From Lingula anatina (taxonomy: Eukaryota; Animalia; Brachiopoda): 64,000 nt of DNA. This document shows, in pieces, positions 26,036 to 40,216 of the stretch. Each line of letters opens with the position of its first letter. The first letter of the stretch is position 1. The notes under the pieces are model-generated. The model was given only the letters and a program-made list of their open reading frames with translations, was not told where the DNA came from and searched no databases. Position numbers and translations under genes: made by a program. Where the stretch lies: contig CM120641.1 in NCBI GenBank assembly GCA_051362555.1, positions 27,162,401-27,226,400 of the forward strand, written 5' to 3'.

Positions 26036-28721
26036 AATGGGGAATACCAGCCCGCTTGGCGCCAGGTGTCGCTAGTGTGAATTCAGTCCTTCCTAGGTCG
26101 CCATGTTGGATATTGTATACGTTGGACTGTGGTACTGGCCTTAAAAAACATGCCTCAGTATTGTTGTGTACCTGAATGTCAAAGTCGGCAAGTTGGGCAT
26201 AATTTTCTTGAGGATTCAGGGCTTCGTTTGAAGTGAAGGGTTGCCCATGTCAACACACCTTCCATGTTAAAGGGTCAGTTACAACTTGACCCAGGAACAG
26301 TAATTAGGCCCCTAAAGATAGACGAGTTGCCTCAAAAAGAATACACGTAAAAAGGTTAATTGATCTTGGCAAAACTTAAAAAGTTTTGGAAAGAGAGCTC
26401 CATAGCAAGAAAGTGCCCCTAGGAAGTATGATTTATCAAAGTGCGTTTTCTTATGTCCGTAATTTCAGAAGAGTTGTCAGTAAATATATATAAGTCCCGG
26501 TAGCCTACTACCAGCATAAGGTTGTGTTATTAAGTAATATCCTTTTTTATTGATGTATTGAGCATGACCGGTAATGTTAATTAAATAATTATTTTTTATT
26601 TAAAATCATTATTCAGTACCTCGTAAGAATCATAAAACTAGGTATAGTTAGATAATTTATTTGTTCATGTATAGATGCAATTTCTCAGCCAATGGGATAA
26701 TGCATGTTTGGAAATCTTTTTGTAACAGTTTAAGAAATAAAATTTAAAGAAAGAAAACATTTTATAAATGAACAGTTTTTGTTCTTTTTTTACAAAATAG
26801 CACTTCTGAATTGTTTTACTTGAGTAGAAACACCATATTATTTCATCGCTCTGAAAATTCATTAAAAAGCAGCAAAACCAAATATTTTATTTAAACAAAA
26901 TAATTATTCAGTCCATAGTAAAAACCATGAAACCATGTAATACTTAGATAATTTATTTGTGCTATAACTTTCCTATATAGCTGCAATTTCTCAGCCAATG
27001 GATTACTGTAGGTATGGAAAACTTTTTGTAACAGTTTAAGAAATAAAAAGCAAACATTTTACAAATTAACAGTTTTTTGTTCCTTTTTACAAAATAGTAC
27101 TTATGAATTATTTTACTTGAATAGAACCACCACATTATGTCATCACTTTGAAAATTCTTTAAAAAGCAGAAAAACCAAATTATTTGCTGTAAATACAACT
27201 AGCAATTTATTTCATCCCACTAAAATACTTTACAAAATAGCATCATGGGTTTTTTTTTTCATTACAGTTAAATATTATTAAAAACAGCATAAACACATAA
27301 GTACTTTTTGTAAAGAATATAGCACCACCAAATTATTTCATTTTAGTGAAAACATTTTTTAAAATTGCACTTCAAAATTATGATTGCAGCTAAAACCATC
27401 TCATACAGGGGTACTTTCTATAAACTGGTTGACACATACTTCCTATAGTGTTTTTCATTAAAAAAAGTTATCCTGGGCAAAATACATGTAGAAAAATATC
27501 CAGCGTCAGAATGAATCAACCCCACAAACAGATCTTTGAACGTAAACACAGCAAAATAGCAGAATGGGCGATTTGTAATGAACATCTGGCCTTCTAACTT
27601 AGTATAGTATTCGCGGGTTTTCTTTAGGCCCAGATTCGTGCACGAGATACACATTCCAAAAAGGGGAAATCGGGTCCGGGTCCAACTGTCATGTGTCTGC
27701 AATGGTTTTGGACACAACAATTATTCATACAGTTTGTTCATATACTTCTTCTCTGTAGCTGACATTATCTCTCCAAATCTGGAAGCAGTGATCCGCCATT
27801 GTCTCTCCTTGTGTCAGATTGCACTCTTTCCTTGTTGTAACTTGCTATGCTCAGTGTCCTTCGCTGTTTGTTCCTCAACCTGAAATAGTCATATCCCATT
27901 AAAGCATGGTAGATGGTTACAGCATTAAATAGTTAAGATACAATTTTATATTTCTATGATGTCACACATCACCTAGTTTGATAATTCTTTCTATTATTTG
28001 GGCCTGATTCTTAATATTAGACCTCTGTTTTCACTTACATCATTCCCTCTATCCATGCATTATTGTTTTCATGGCACTTGGCAATAGTTGTTGTCCATCA
28101 CAGCCGCCTGTAAGTCAGCTTTAGGGTAGGCATAACTGGTGGCTACATCAATCTTTGCCGCTGATGTGAAGTGACGGGTAAGATTCCTGAAGTAATCATT
28201 TTATCCTGCTCTTGAAGTTGGCTGTCCTGGGGTCCTGAAATCGACAGTTTCAGGCTTTGCCCCCAATATATGGGCCTTCTTTGGGTAACCTTATAAAGAA
28301 AAAAAATAAGTACATTTACTAAGTATAAAAAATCTTCGTCTTTCGTGCTACTAAAACAAAATATGAGCGTAGGCCTACTCGTACCTACAGTAGTCTACAT
28401 GTACATAACATGTCAGATTTGACACACACACCTCGACTAATGTTCGATTTTTTTCAAGGAAAATAGTTAGCATTCTTGTTTTTCAAGCACTAAATGAAAA
28501 GAAAACACATACCTTTCAGTCAATTCACATTTTCATCCAGATGTTATGGCACCACATTCAAGTAAATTGCGTTTGAGTTGATTCACTGTCAGCGACGCGT
28601 GCACACGCTCCATGTTAAACTCTGGTGTAAAGCCGTGAGCGAGATTCTGCGAGATTTAAGAAGGACTGCTTTCACCCCCACGCCATCTAGCGGCAGACCC
28701 TTAAAGCGGGTATTCCCCATT
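26036..28721. mobile_element. Internally deleted ISL2EU-like (PIF/Harbinger-related) DNA transposon
   Basis: Inverted termini AATGGGGAATACC / GGTATTCCCCATT. Degenerate THAP start on + at 26150 (MPQYCCVPECQSRQVGHNFLEDSGLRLK*). YqaJ/lambda-exonuclease-like motif on - at ~27730-27880 (QGKSAI*HKERQWRITASRFGEIM). Contains an internal ~300 bp duplication at ~26590-27180. Confidence 0.75.
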
Positions 28722-29191
28722 TAAATGCACAGTTAGAAGATGCATGCGGTGATTGGTCTAGAGCTAAGCGTATGTTTTACTTATCCTTGATTATAGCGAA
28801 TTGAAATCCTCTGTAATAATAGCTATTAAGAAAAACAGTTATAATCAGAGGAGAAGAGTAGGAACAACTATAACTTTGAAATAACAACTAAGCTGTTATT
28901 TGGATAAACTGGTACTTTGATTGCATAAGCACCTTGTGAAATTATTTAGTGGACGTTTGATCACTTGTTTACAAGGAGCATCTGAATAACAATGCGCTAC
29001 CCTAAATGACTAAAAGGACAGACATTAGGAAAAGCTATTTGTATGTATATACATTTCCTTAAAATCTGCTAGTAGTTTTAAACTGTATTTTGTTTTAGCC
29101 TAGTTAAGCCATCTAGTGAAGCCTACTAGTTAAACCATATAAACAGATTAAATATTAAGTACAAAATTACTATAACAGACTTTCTTTTAAA

Positions 29192-30094
29192 CACTGACTC
29201 TTCATATGTGGGTCCATTTGTAGAAAGCAGAAAAATGAAAAATGAAGTTAAAAATATATTCACAAATTCTACTTTGTCTGAAACTCTTGGGGGAAAGTGA
29301 TAAATTTAGCTTTTAGTGTAATCGTGCAAACATTTCCAATCCATGCCTTGCTAGTATGCACTGATTTCTTAATCACTGAAGAAAGGTTTGAGTAACGAGT
29401 TTTAAAATTGAAAACCCTTTTTCGATAATATTTGCACGGTTTCAATGCTAACAAAAATTAGACCGCGCTTGTCGAGATTTTGATTCATTATTGTCCTCAA
29501 CATCAAGTATATTTTCACGATGCCTGGTGACGAAGGATTTTGCAAATTACTTTCTAAGGGAGTTCATGCTCGTGTGAAACATTTGGCTTCGTGTGAAACA
29601 TTTGGCTGTTCCCTGCCACCATATCGTTAGGTTATCATGGATGTAACTGAAATGAAACTTGAAACCTGCTGCAAAAGACGTTATGGAAATTTTTTTCAAT
29701 TTTTTAAAACCGGGCGACACCACGAAAGTAGCCGCAATATATATAGGGCGTTATTTAAAATAAACATTACAAACATTTTCTGAGAAGTTAGACATCATAC
29801 TCGCTTCCTGACAAGTTGATAATTTTTTGGATAAGTAAAAATTAACGCGCTGGAGAATGTGAGATGGTTCTCCAAGTTCCAGTAACGAACCTTTAAAATT
29901 TGGTCCGTTTTTTTCTTTTTCCTTCCTTTTTTTTCTTTTTTTTTTTTTTTGTATAAGAATTAACAGATACATTTAGTTATTTTTTCAGTGAATAAGTAAA
30001 GTTCTGTTTAAAGATGGAGAGACAATTCTTTCGCTCGTTTACCTTCAATAAAATGATAAAGCTGTTAAATGGACCTATATATTGAGAATCAGTA
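29192..30094. mobile_element. ~0.9 kb non-autonomous TIR element related to 9052-9969
   Basis: Left CACTGACTCTTCATATGTGGGTCCATTT and right AAATGGACCTATATATTGAGAATCAGTA form imperfect TIRs. The right end shares an identical 23-mer with 9942-9964. Confidence 0.6.
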
Positions 30095-31020
30095 TAAAAC
30101 CAAGAAATTTTGTTGGAGAGCACAGAGTATTTGACTCGAGGAATAGTAAGGTGCAATAACTATTCACTTAATTTGGAACTTGAAAAGCGGGTTTATGAAT
30201 CATTTTCTGTGCGGTATTTGGATAGGATGGGTATTCCAAAATCAATGAAAGAGAGTAACGGTGTGGGGAGTATCGTTACTGTCGCATGCCGGTATTTATC
30301 ATAAAGTAACGATTTTAAGGAGAAGTAACGATGGAGGAAGTAAAGAGATGACCGTTAGAGTAAACTTCTGCAAGGGAATGGTTATGAACATCCTCACAAA
30401 TCCATAGAGCTGTGGTCGTGTGTAATTTTATTTTAAAATGTCGTGAGAGCTCCTGTCCTAAACTGAATTATTATACTTCAGGGAGACCATGAACCAAAGC
30501 TCTTCCCACCAGGAGACATGTTTTATGATTTATTAACGCAAGGAGAATAAAATTAGAGGTCCTAAAGAATGCCTTGCTTGCATACCAACTGTTTTGGTGC
30601 TGGAAATTCTAACAGTTTCCTAAATCGCCGATCCAAAACCGATCACAGAATTACGATCCATAAACCCGTACTAGATGTTTTTTTACCATATATATACATA
30701 AATGTACCAGTACAATTTTCTGCTCTATAAAATGCACTGTAGTTTAGGACTTATCAATAAAAGTGTTTTCGTGTGTTTGTTGTATAAATAGCACCATTAA
30801 AGAAATGGAAACTACCATGACGCATACGCTGCAGAGAATTGACTCCTATCAATTTTCAATTATTCTCTCTACGCAGTATAGGCCGGTTATTACGGTAGTA
30901 ATTATGGTTCACATTCAAAATTGTTCTGTTAACAATTGTTTTTCGTATACATTAAACACGTAAAGCCACGTTGTAGTATTTGAATTGGGGATGCTACGAT
31001 TACACAATCTATCAACAGTA

Positions 31021-31290
31021 TCTGAAGGACTTAGGTGTCATTTTTGATTACTATGGAACTATATATAGACGAGTCTATGAAATCTGTAAATCAGCTCCAT
31101 ATTCACTTAGGCGAATTAGAAAGATTCGCAATATACTGGAGAGAAAAACAACTGATGAATTAATGCATGCTTTCATTATCTCCAGACTTGGTTACTGTAA
31201 TAGTGGTCTCTACGGTTTATGTCAAAAATTGAACAAACTGAAACTAATCCAAAATTCAGCAACCAGGCTATTTACAAATATGAAAATAAA
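31021..31290 (+). mobile_element. L2/CR1-group LINE ORF2 C-terminal remnant
   Basis: LKDLGVIFD...ICKSAPYSLRRIRKIRNIL...HAFIISRLGYCNSGLYGL...LIQNSATRL is typical of the post-RT region of L2-clade LINEs. Confidence 0.8.
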
Positions 31291-31648
31291 TAGTGGCGAA
31301 CACATACTTAAGTCTCATATAAAATATATTTGCATTATTGTTATTATTATCATTGTTATTGATATAATTATTAATGTTGTTATTATTATTATGACATTTC
31401 ATATGTATACTATTGTTGTACCGTATCAATAACAAAAATGTCATGGTTAAGTAAACTATCACTTGTATCTTTATCAAAATCACTTCACTAGCTGCCTGTT
31501 AGACAGAGAGTTTTATGTAAAGTATGTGTAATCTATAATTATGAAACAAAAGAGAAGAACCACTATATACAGGTATTATGGTTAATTGTTAATTCTTGGA
31601 AAATTCTGCTTCAGAAAAAATATAACAAATTTTATGGTGGTCGCGCTT

Positions 31649-31680
<32 letters not shown>

Positions 31681-32020
31681 GACTAAAGCTTAACATTAGC
31701 TACCTACTTATACAAGAACCACTGATGACATGGAGCATTAAAAACATCTTTTGGAGACCAACAATTTAAAATCAGTTAATATAGTGATTGATAAAGCAAG
31801 TTTTGTTGTTCTAGATATTCTATCTTTTTGTTTTATTTCAATTATCATAAGTAACTCTTAGACTCATTATGTTATAATTTTAATGAGCAATTTGCAATTT
31901 TAATAGGTAACTATTTTTTCAGTTTTATCTTAATTCATTGTCACCTTAGTCTTTAATCTGGAGGGCGCATTGAGGTTTTAAATGAAATGCACCATATAAG
32001 AATTAATTATTATTATACTT

Positions 32021-32428
32021 ATTATTATTATTACTTTTTTCAATTTCAGTATTTATTTCTTCATACCTGTACCAATACAATCCTCGTATGATAAGTATAA
32101 GAGGCATATTGATTGAACTGTGAATTTAACACCTAGCGCCCCTATGAGGCACCTACACTAATATTTTACAGCTGCTATTTTAAGGCCGTTTACCGGTACC
32201 TACAAGGCCCCATGTATATTATTATATTTATTATTATTATTACTTTTTTCAATTTCAGTATTTTTTCTTCATACTTGTACCAATACAATCCTCGTATGAT
32301 TAAGAATATGAGGCATATTGACTGAACTGTGAATTTAACACCTAGCGCCCCTTTGAGACACCAATACTAGTATTTTACAGCTGCTATTTTAAGGCCGTTT
32401 ACTGGTACCTACAAGGCCTCATGTATAT
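32021..32428. repeat. Tandem duplication of a ~200-bp unit
   Basis: ATTATTACTTTTTTCAATTTCAG...CCTACAAGGCC(C/T)CATGTATATT occurs twice, head to tail, with scattered mismatches. Confidence 0.85.
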
Positions 32429-33758
32429 TTTACACTGTAGACCTATCTTACTTATTATGATGTCAGTTCAGTTTCTGTTATATCGGATTATTTTTCTCAA
32501 TGTAATTTCACCTTATTTGCCCATTGGTGTAATTTGTGTTGTATTTATACACATATGTATGTTAAAATATCTATTTTGTTTTTCCACAATAAATATTGTA
32601 AATCTCCGGCCCTCTTCTAGTTTTTTCGCTTTTTATCACCACGCTGACCGAGGAAGTTAGAAAAGTTGGAGAGTTTTTCTGTTGAGTATGGATTAGATGG
32701 GAGGGAAATTAGCTTCGAAGTGGTAAACAACAGTCGCGGATTTATGGGGGTGTCAGGGATATCCTGCCCCCCCCTCCCCCCCCCCCCCCCCCCCCCCCGT
32801 CGATTTCTGAAAAAAAAAATTAATCCAATGGCCCCCTCTTGAAATTAGAATTTTGGCTAGCTGAATCTTAGTTCTAAACCGCACCAGACACCACCGCATC
32901 TGTACATTAATTTCTTGGCAAACTGAGATTTTCCAAACTTTCACAAACCGGGTTTAGCTTGGTAAACAAAAAGTAAAATGCAATTTGGTCGCGCTATCAC
33001 CACTGTGACAAAACATGGACACGTAATTAATAAATCACTAATACGGATACAAATGAGTAATGGAATATGTTGCTTCTGATGGATGTAAGAAAATTATCTT
33101 TTAGATTTGTTCCAAGACACAGATGTACCTGTTATTGTCTTCGAATCATTGGATTAAAAAGAGGGTATATTTCAAAAGTAATTAGTAAATCACTGCTACC
33201 TGATTCTAATGCCTAATGGAACATGATGCTTCTGTTGGTAGTTAGAAGATTATCTTTCAGATTTATTTCAAGACACAGATGCAGCAGTAATTAACCTTGG
33301 ATTAAAGCGAGAGTAATGAGGGTAATGAGGGTATGCCATGACAAGTAATTACTAAATCCATGTTACCAGATACAAACGAATGATGAAGTATGACTGTGTA
33401 TTATTAATCTAATCCACTTGTCTAGATTTCATGTTCTGTGGTTTTCTAGACAACGCAATAACTGTGTCAAAACTTTGGAACAAAGATTCTCGCAATTTTT
33501 TTCTTCCAAAATCGCTTAATATTCAAAATTTATCACAACTCGGGACTAACTGATTACGATTGACAGTAACCGCTAACCCTTCCCAAATTTGAAAAGGGAC
33601 AAATTATACTCTCTGGCCATAAGGTGAACTAGCAGTCTGTTCCAAAAATGTTGAAAGCGAGCGTGATTTTGTATAGTATTTTAGTGAACATCAGAGGGCA
33701 CCACATGAGCTAGTAGGACTTCGAGTGGGGCACAAGTAGAATCAGCACCTCAACTTGA

Positions 33759-34030
33759 CAGTGGCGGATTTAGAGGGGGGTCGTCAGGGGGGTCTTGACC
33801 CCCTCTTCGGTTTCTTAAAAAAATCGCAGTAATATTCCTCTCTTGGAATTAGTATTTTGACAAGCTGATTTATAGTACTAAACCGTACTAACTGGCACCG
33901 TTCGCTCTCTGAAATACTAAAAAATTTTAGGGGCCCTTAAGCGAGCCTCGAACCCCACGCCATCGAAAGGGGGGTTCCACGGATGTTAAGCCGCCCCCCC
34001 CCCTTTCAAATAATCCTGGATCCGCCCCTG
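33759..34030. mobile_element. MITE with CAGTGGCGGAT...ATCCGCCCCTG termini
   Basis: TIRs are visible. Flanks ACTTGA / GCTTGA suggest a 6-bp target-site duplication. Same family as 607-853, in the opposite orientation. Confidence 0.8.
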
Positions 34031-36457
34031 GCTTGACACCTGTCATGTGATTTATCAGGTATGAACAATCATGTTTTGCACCAAGATGTAAACACAAATT
34101 CGCGTAAATATATTTGTTTTTAGCAGAATTTACAATCCGCCCTGAATAAATCAACAACATAGCATAAGATTCTTCATTTTAGATGTAAGATGAATAAGTG
34201 AACACGGTAACTACATAAAAATCAAAGAAAGCAACACCACATATGGACGAAAGAAAGGTATTCTTACCCTAACAAACGAGACCCGTTCTATTTCCACGTG
34301 TGCCTGGCGTCTTCGAACTCCGGTATGCTCAGCAGACTGTCAGCGTCCCTGGATTCTACTTGTAAATACGATGTGAGACCGCCAGCTGTACATACAAATG
34401 AATTTTTCTAAGTTTTTAACACCTTAATGACTGTTATGCCTCCTAAATTCGTCCTCCCCCCCCCCTTCCCGACCCTCCCGCCCCCCGCCCCTGTTGCATG
34501 CGCCTTTGACCGGCAAGGTTGAAGATAAGGGAGAGAGGGGGAAGGGGCACAACCCACCAACCTCATACACCTATGCATAACGGTGCATTTTGGTATTGTC
34601 CGGAATACCTGATGACCAAAGGTCGAGTCTTTTTATAGCCAAGTGAAGAATATTTGTCTCAAGAACCACGGGGCCAAATAATCGGACGCATGCACTCCCA
34701 TCTAATCTGATCAGTATTTGCTGTTGCATTGACCTATGGAATGCGTACTCGAAAGAGGGACACAGCCTTGAATACCCATATGGATTTTTGTTTAGAATAT
34801 CATTCTCTACGGATGGAACAAATCAGTTCATGATAAACCCATAGTGAGGTATTAGTTCACTTTATTAGCGATCTTGTCATAAAATTGGTGCAATGTGATT
34901 TTTATTCGGTTGGGCTTCTACTGTTTTATCTCGGGATAAACTTAGTTTAATATTTGGCCTAAATAAAAGGTAAAGGTTTCAGCTCAAACAGACCATACAA
35001 ACACACACATAACATGTTATACTTTATTTTCCTGTTTTTTTTTCTAAATAGTGTTACAGAAGAATATTGTCTCTACAAATTCATGGTACTATGAAAAATT
35101 CACGTGAAAAATTGTGCTACAACCTTTCTAGTATTTACATCTTGTTTACATGTCATAAGATACGAAAATAGCATCCATTCAAAGTAATAAATTGGTGGTT
35201 GGCCAACGACATATTCCATGTGTTTTACAAGTTTTTCATAGAACACATATTTAAAATCGATAGGAAAATAACTGTACATGCATCGTTTAATACCTGAAAT
35301 GTTTATCCAGTTGTTTCGTCTTTATCTATTTTTAATTTTCTATCATAAAGTTAATGGCTAGAGTTCATGCTCGTGAACGTGCGAAAAAGAGAGCTACAGC
35401 GTGCTTTAACAGACATATTTCTCTAATAAATGCACTTTAATTGTGCCTAATACGCTGTCTTAACAGCTTTTAACAACTACTGAGCTTTAACTAACGGAAA
35501 TCAAAAGAGCAGATCTAAAACTTGTAAAAATTCTTGGTACTGTATGCACCCCTGATTGAGTAAGAAAAACAAATACAATTACGTTAATTGGATATATACA
35601 AATATAAGTTAGTCTGCGATATATAGTCCTTTGAAACATTCATCGGCGTTTAATATTTAGTGGATGTACCCATAGATACGATTACAAATTGAAAATGAAT
35701 TTGAATTTGAAGAAAAAAATCAAAATTCACAAATATCTTTTGTCGCTAAAGAAGTAACAAGTTGACTTGAAGTACATGCAGCTCCCTATATTTTTTCTGG
35801 TGAACATTTTATGGTAATTAATCTGATATAAGAATTTATAAAACTGTCTACGTGAATTACACGGTTTGATAGAGTAGATAAAAAGTAAGGCAAATCGTGT
35901 CGAATGCCCAATGTATCAGTCCTTGCGCACAAAGGTTGCATATTTTCCCAAAATGAATAATATTTTTCATTTAGGCTACACGAATGAGATGTATCTATTG
36001 TTTGTTATCAAAATTTAAGTGCCCTCTCAGAAAAAAATACAGGGAGGGGCATTATTGCAGCCTCTTATTAATACATATCAAATATTGCTTGGAACAGTTG
36101 ACCTTTGCATGGCAACTGTTATTTTTCTCATCAAGGTCTTTAGTATCCTCCCTTCTACACAAACATTTACGCAAATTAGACATGAACAATTATAAAAAAA
36201 GAAATACATCGCTTGAGCGACAAACACATGGAAACTTCGCAAAATATGAAAAAAAAATTAAAAATCTGCCAGAATAGTGAAAACGCATGGATTTTTCCAT
36301 CTTATCCTCAAACATTTTCTTTTCGACCAAAAAAATATCTTTTGGAAGCATTAAAAGAGAATGCAGTTTCCAAAGTTCATATCCTGCATCCATTACAATC
36401 TTGAAAATCTGCAATATCAAATACTCTCCAGTCGAATAGAAGTACGAGGTTGGTCAA

Positions 36458-36748
36458 TCAATATCTTGTCCATCCCCACGTTCCTGGGTCACCACCTTTG
36501 GAGTAAGGATCTTCGTATCCGTAGGGTGGACGACCCGGGCCGTTGGCGTACGGATCCATGTAGTCATAAGCTCGATTGCGGCTCCTCATGCTGTATGTAT
36601 CCAATGGGATCTTTTCATCTTTCAACTTCTGCTTGATCAACCAACTGGCGATGAGGTACAAGATGGCCGAAATAGCGCCTATTGCCATGCCAACCCAGCC
36701 CAAGATGTAAGACCAGCCGTAGCTGCGGACTGTATTTGTAAACAAATC
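36458..36748 (-). CDS. Claudin/PMP22-family gene, exon 5 (terminal)
   Basis: Acceptor CCCTTTCAG, phase 0. DLFTNTVRSYGWSYILGWVG carries the family YGWS..LGW motif and TM4, followed by a Tyr/Pro-rich cytoplasmic tail to the stop. Confidence 0.9.
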   Translation of the reverse strand, partial: DLFTNTVRSYGWSYILGWVGMAIGAISAILYLIASWLIKQKLKDEKIPLDTYSMRSRNRAYDYMDPYANGPGRPPYGYEDPYSKGGDPGTWGWTRY

Positions 36749-37572
36749 CTGAAAGGGAAGGATGAGAGACAGCTGTGATATAAGACGTCATTTTTACCTC
36801 TTTTGAATCCCTTTCATGGGATTCCTATTACATAATGATGAGAATACCAATAACGAAATAAACTGTAAGACGTCATTTGTAACTCTTTTGTACCCTTTTA
36901 ATAGGATTCCCATTTTTCATTAGTTTATGATAAGAATGACCATAATGAAATGTTGTAGCCACACCATTTCCTTGGTAAAAATTGTTTTATTATAGTATTA
37001 AGACCTGCGAGAGCATGTCACCGACCAGTGCTAGATCTTTCAGATACAGGATGGTTGCATGCATGCACAAAGGTCGTTTGTCATTTTGTGAATTTTCATG
37101 TTACCATAAACTACATTAAAACTATTTTGGATATTTTGCAATGACATAAGCATCGAAATAAACACTGGTGAAAATGTAAAGGCAATTACGTCCAAGAAAA
37201 TTATAGTTCAGTTGTAAATCTTATTAAAATGACTTGAGTGTTATCAGCCAGATGTATCGCGTTTGTATTAACATATTCAGGTTTTTACGAGACGGGGCCA
37301 TAAACAAATTTGACACACAGTAGGAACCAAAACTAGACCGGGATATGAGACAGGCCACCGTTATCAGCCTTTTCGATTATCTTTACACTTTCTCAGTTAT
37401 GGAATGATACATAGTCTTAGATGCGGTCTACCCACATCTAGAAGTTCCTGTGTAATTATTTTGTATGCAACGTGACATAGATACCGTGGCGGTTTTCATG
37501 CATCGGTCCTTGTCCAAAATGTGATTTTTATCATTAAGGTCGTACATACATGCAACGAAAATTATATTTCCC

Positions 37573-37639
<67 letters not shown>
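37573..37639. repeat. (GT)n(GA)n compound microsatellite
   Basis: Directly visible. Confidence 0.9.
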
Positions 37640-37885
37640 TTTGAAACTACGAAAAAAATTGACTGAATCGCTCTTTCATACATAGAGGTATATCAAAATT
37701 AAATTATTGGTTAAACTCCAACAATTGTGCCTCTATATGAGCAAAAACAACGATGAATCATTAGATCCCAGTCAAAATAGAATATCTTATTGTTCAAGAA
37801 GTCCCGTTAATTGTCTACCGACACGAAAAACAAGGAGCAATGGAATACCATCATGCGTCTGATAAGTGTCACAAATCGTACTTAC

Positions 37886-37986
37886 CGAATGCCAATTCAG
37901 CGGGAAGGTGTTGTCTTCGCGGACCTTGTTCCTCTCGATGTATTCGGCACCATGGAAGAAAGCCATGCCAGCCGCGGTAAAGAAAG
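37886..37986 (-). CDS. Claudin/PMP22-family gene, exon 4
   Basis: Acceptor ATCGCAG and donor TCG|GTAAGT. Reads (A)FFTAAGMAFFHGAEYIERNKVREDNTFPLNWHS. Confidence 0.87.
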
Positions 37987-39013
37987 CTGCGATAAGAATG
38001 AAACACTTATATGTGTGCATGTTGTCAAATTTTTAAAGAGAATATAGTGGGTTGATATTTTTTAACAGACTGGATATTGATTTCATGTTTAATATTTGAA
38101 TCCCTCAGCTTTATTTAAAACTAGTGAAATATAAATTATTAAAGTTAGGTAAGTTGATTAAAAGCAAACAGACGGTTCGTCTCTAATGCAGAGTCCCAGA
38201 AAAGGAACTACATTCAAAATAGGTCACATCCTGTTTTTAATAGGAATTTCGTGATAACAAAACCAGTCATCTTTGAATATCTCTTGATGCTGAAAATTAA
38301 AATTTTGTAAACTGTTGGCATCAAATTTTTTTCCTGCAATTAACACGTGTCCCCCAACTAAAAAACACAGAAGAGGTCTTTGTAAATCATTCTCAAATAT
38401 CGTCAGTGTAATTCCATGACAGTGATAAATTAATAACATAATGGCGGCGAGAAAGGCTTAATTGAGTTTGGAAGATTAATTTCATAAAAGCTCTCGAATA
38501 AGTTACATTATCAAACGGATGCAGGAACAGTAATTTATCACGTATTGCTCAACATCGGAGAACGGAGCGCAGTTCCAGATTTAAAAACGCGCAAGATGAT
38601 GAGGTTAAGTTAGTATAAATAGCGTCTCCAGTTCATGCTATTTTTTTTCTTTTCTTTTCTTTTTTTCTTTTTTTGTTTTTTTTTTTTTTTGGGGGGGGGG
38701 GGGGTTCACATTGTATACGATTTAAAATTGGTATATTATGTAAACATCACACCTGACAACCCCACCAAACCACTTCAGTTCAACGTAAACGAAAAGTAAA
38801 TCAAAGAAAACAAAATATCAGGTAAAGAATTTTACCCATAAATTACCCCAAACCCATTAACTACGTCTTAGGAAATCTGGCAACTCATGGCAGTCTTAGT
38901 AGGGGCCATTAGGATCACAAAGGGTGCACCAGCTGCGAGAATGTAAGATGTAAGTGCAAGACACGAAAGAGAAAACAATGGCAATATATTTAGTGCCATG
39001 TCGCATATCGTAC

Positions 39014-39151
39014 CTCCGATGAACACGACAACTGCGGCATATCTGGACGTCGTTGCTTTAGCTTTCCAGCAGCCGAAGGCTCCAACCACGCAGCCAATCA
39101 GGAGGAAGAAGAGGGCCGTGATAAGGAAACCCACATGACATCTCATTAAAT
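39014..39151 (-). CDS. Claudin/PMP22-family gene, exon 3
   Basis: Acceptor TTTCAG and donor G|GTACGA. Reads (H)LMRCHVGFLITALFFLLIGCVVGAFGCWKAKATTSRYAAVVVFIG (TM2 and the start of TM3). Confidence 0.87.
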
Positions 39152-40096
39152 CTGAAACAAAGCATAGAGTACATATAATATAATACAGGTGACTGGTCTG
39201 ATTCTCCGCGAAAGGAGTTATCTGTTAAGATCACAATCTAAAATCGTGTTCTACATACCTATTGTTTTATATGGAAATAGCCACTGCACGTCCAGGCATG
39301 ACAGCAACGATACTTACAGGTGGCTATTTTGTCCTCGAAACAACCTCATCAAAATGATTCAGACAAAAATAAACGTGAGACAGAAATGTGCATATATTTA
39401 TTTCATGAGTCTTGTTTTTTTAAAAAATACTTTATTATTTAAAATAATTTAATCCATCTTTCGATGTTGCTGAACCAAACACTCACTGCATGAGACAACG
39501 AAACCAGGACGTTCTTTTCAAGTGACAAGGCAAATGCACAGACGGGTGACTAGCAAACATCGCTAAGCTCTAGTTTCCATATAAAGATTAAGCCCCACAT
39601 TCACAATGTTGACAAGACATATACTCCTCCCTTTTCCTATCTAGGGCCACAGGTACACCACACGTATGTCGTTATATTACCGATGCAGGTAACAATAGCG
39701 CTGTACACACAAACAAGAGGGTCACGTCCCGACAGTGAAAAAAGAGATCGTGTCAGCTTCGGTTATCTCATTGTTGGCAGTTGAAAATATGCGGAATTTT
39801 GTTTATATCAATGAAAAAGGCCACCTCAGGAAACGAAACACCTGTAGCTAAGAATATTAAACGATAGCGACCTTTGTTGTAATTGTTAAGACCTATGATT
39901 AATTTTGCTTCATGTCATAGCTATAGAAACTTTCTGGTGTTCCTGACTTTCACTTCTTGTGTCTTCTTTGAAGTACGGAAATTTAAGCATAAAAATAAAA
40001 AGTTCTGTTGGTAAATGACCAAGGATCCCAAGAGGTTAAGATGAACAAGGCTGACATGTTAAAAATATATAATACAAGACACATGTATATACTTAC

Positions 40097-40216
40097 GTAT
40101 CCTCAGTCTGTAGTCGCTGGATTTTAAGTTAAAATTATCAGGCTCTGGGATATCATAATTCAGATAGAGACAGTTGCGGTCTATTCTCTGACTGTTATAT
40201 GGCTCTGTCTCCAAAA
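40097..40216 (-). CDS. Claudin/PMP22-family gene, exon 2
   Basis: Acceptor TTTTACAG and donor C|GTAAGT, 120 nt, phase 1/1. Reads (F)LETEPYNSQRIDRNCLYLNYDIPEPDNFNLKSSDYRLRI, including the second loop Cys. Confidence 0.85.

Noticed and set aside
33024-33400. Degenerate ~160-bp triplication, and a similar ~35-bp degenerate array at ~5370-5600
   Set aside because: Probably real but old tandem repeats with poorly definable boundaries and no sign of function.
34268-34385. Exon-like segment on the - strand (TACAG acceptor, GTAAGA donor)
   Set aside because: Stops occur in all three frames and no partner exons were identified. It could be non-coding but is unsupported.
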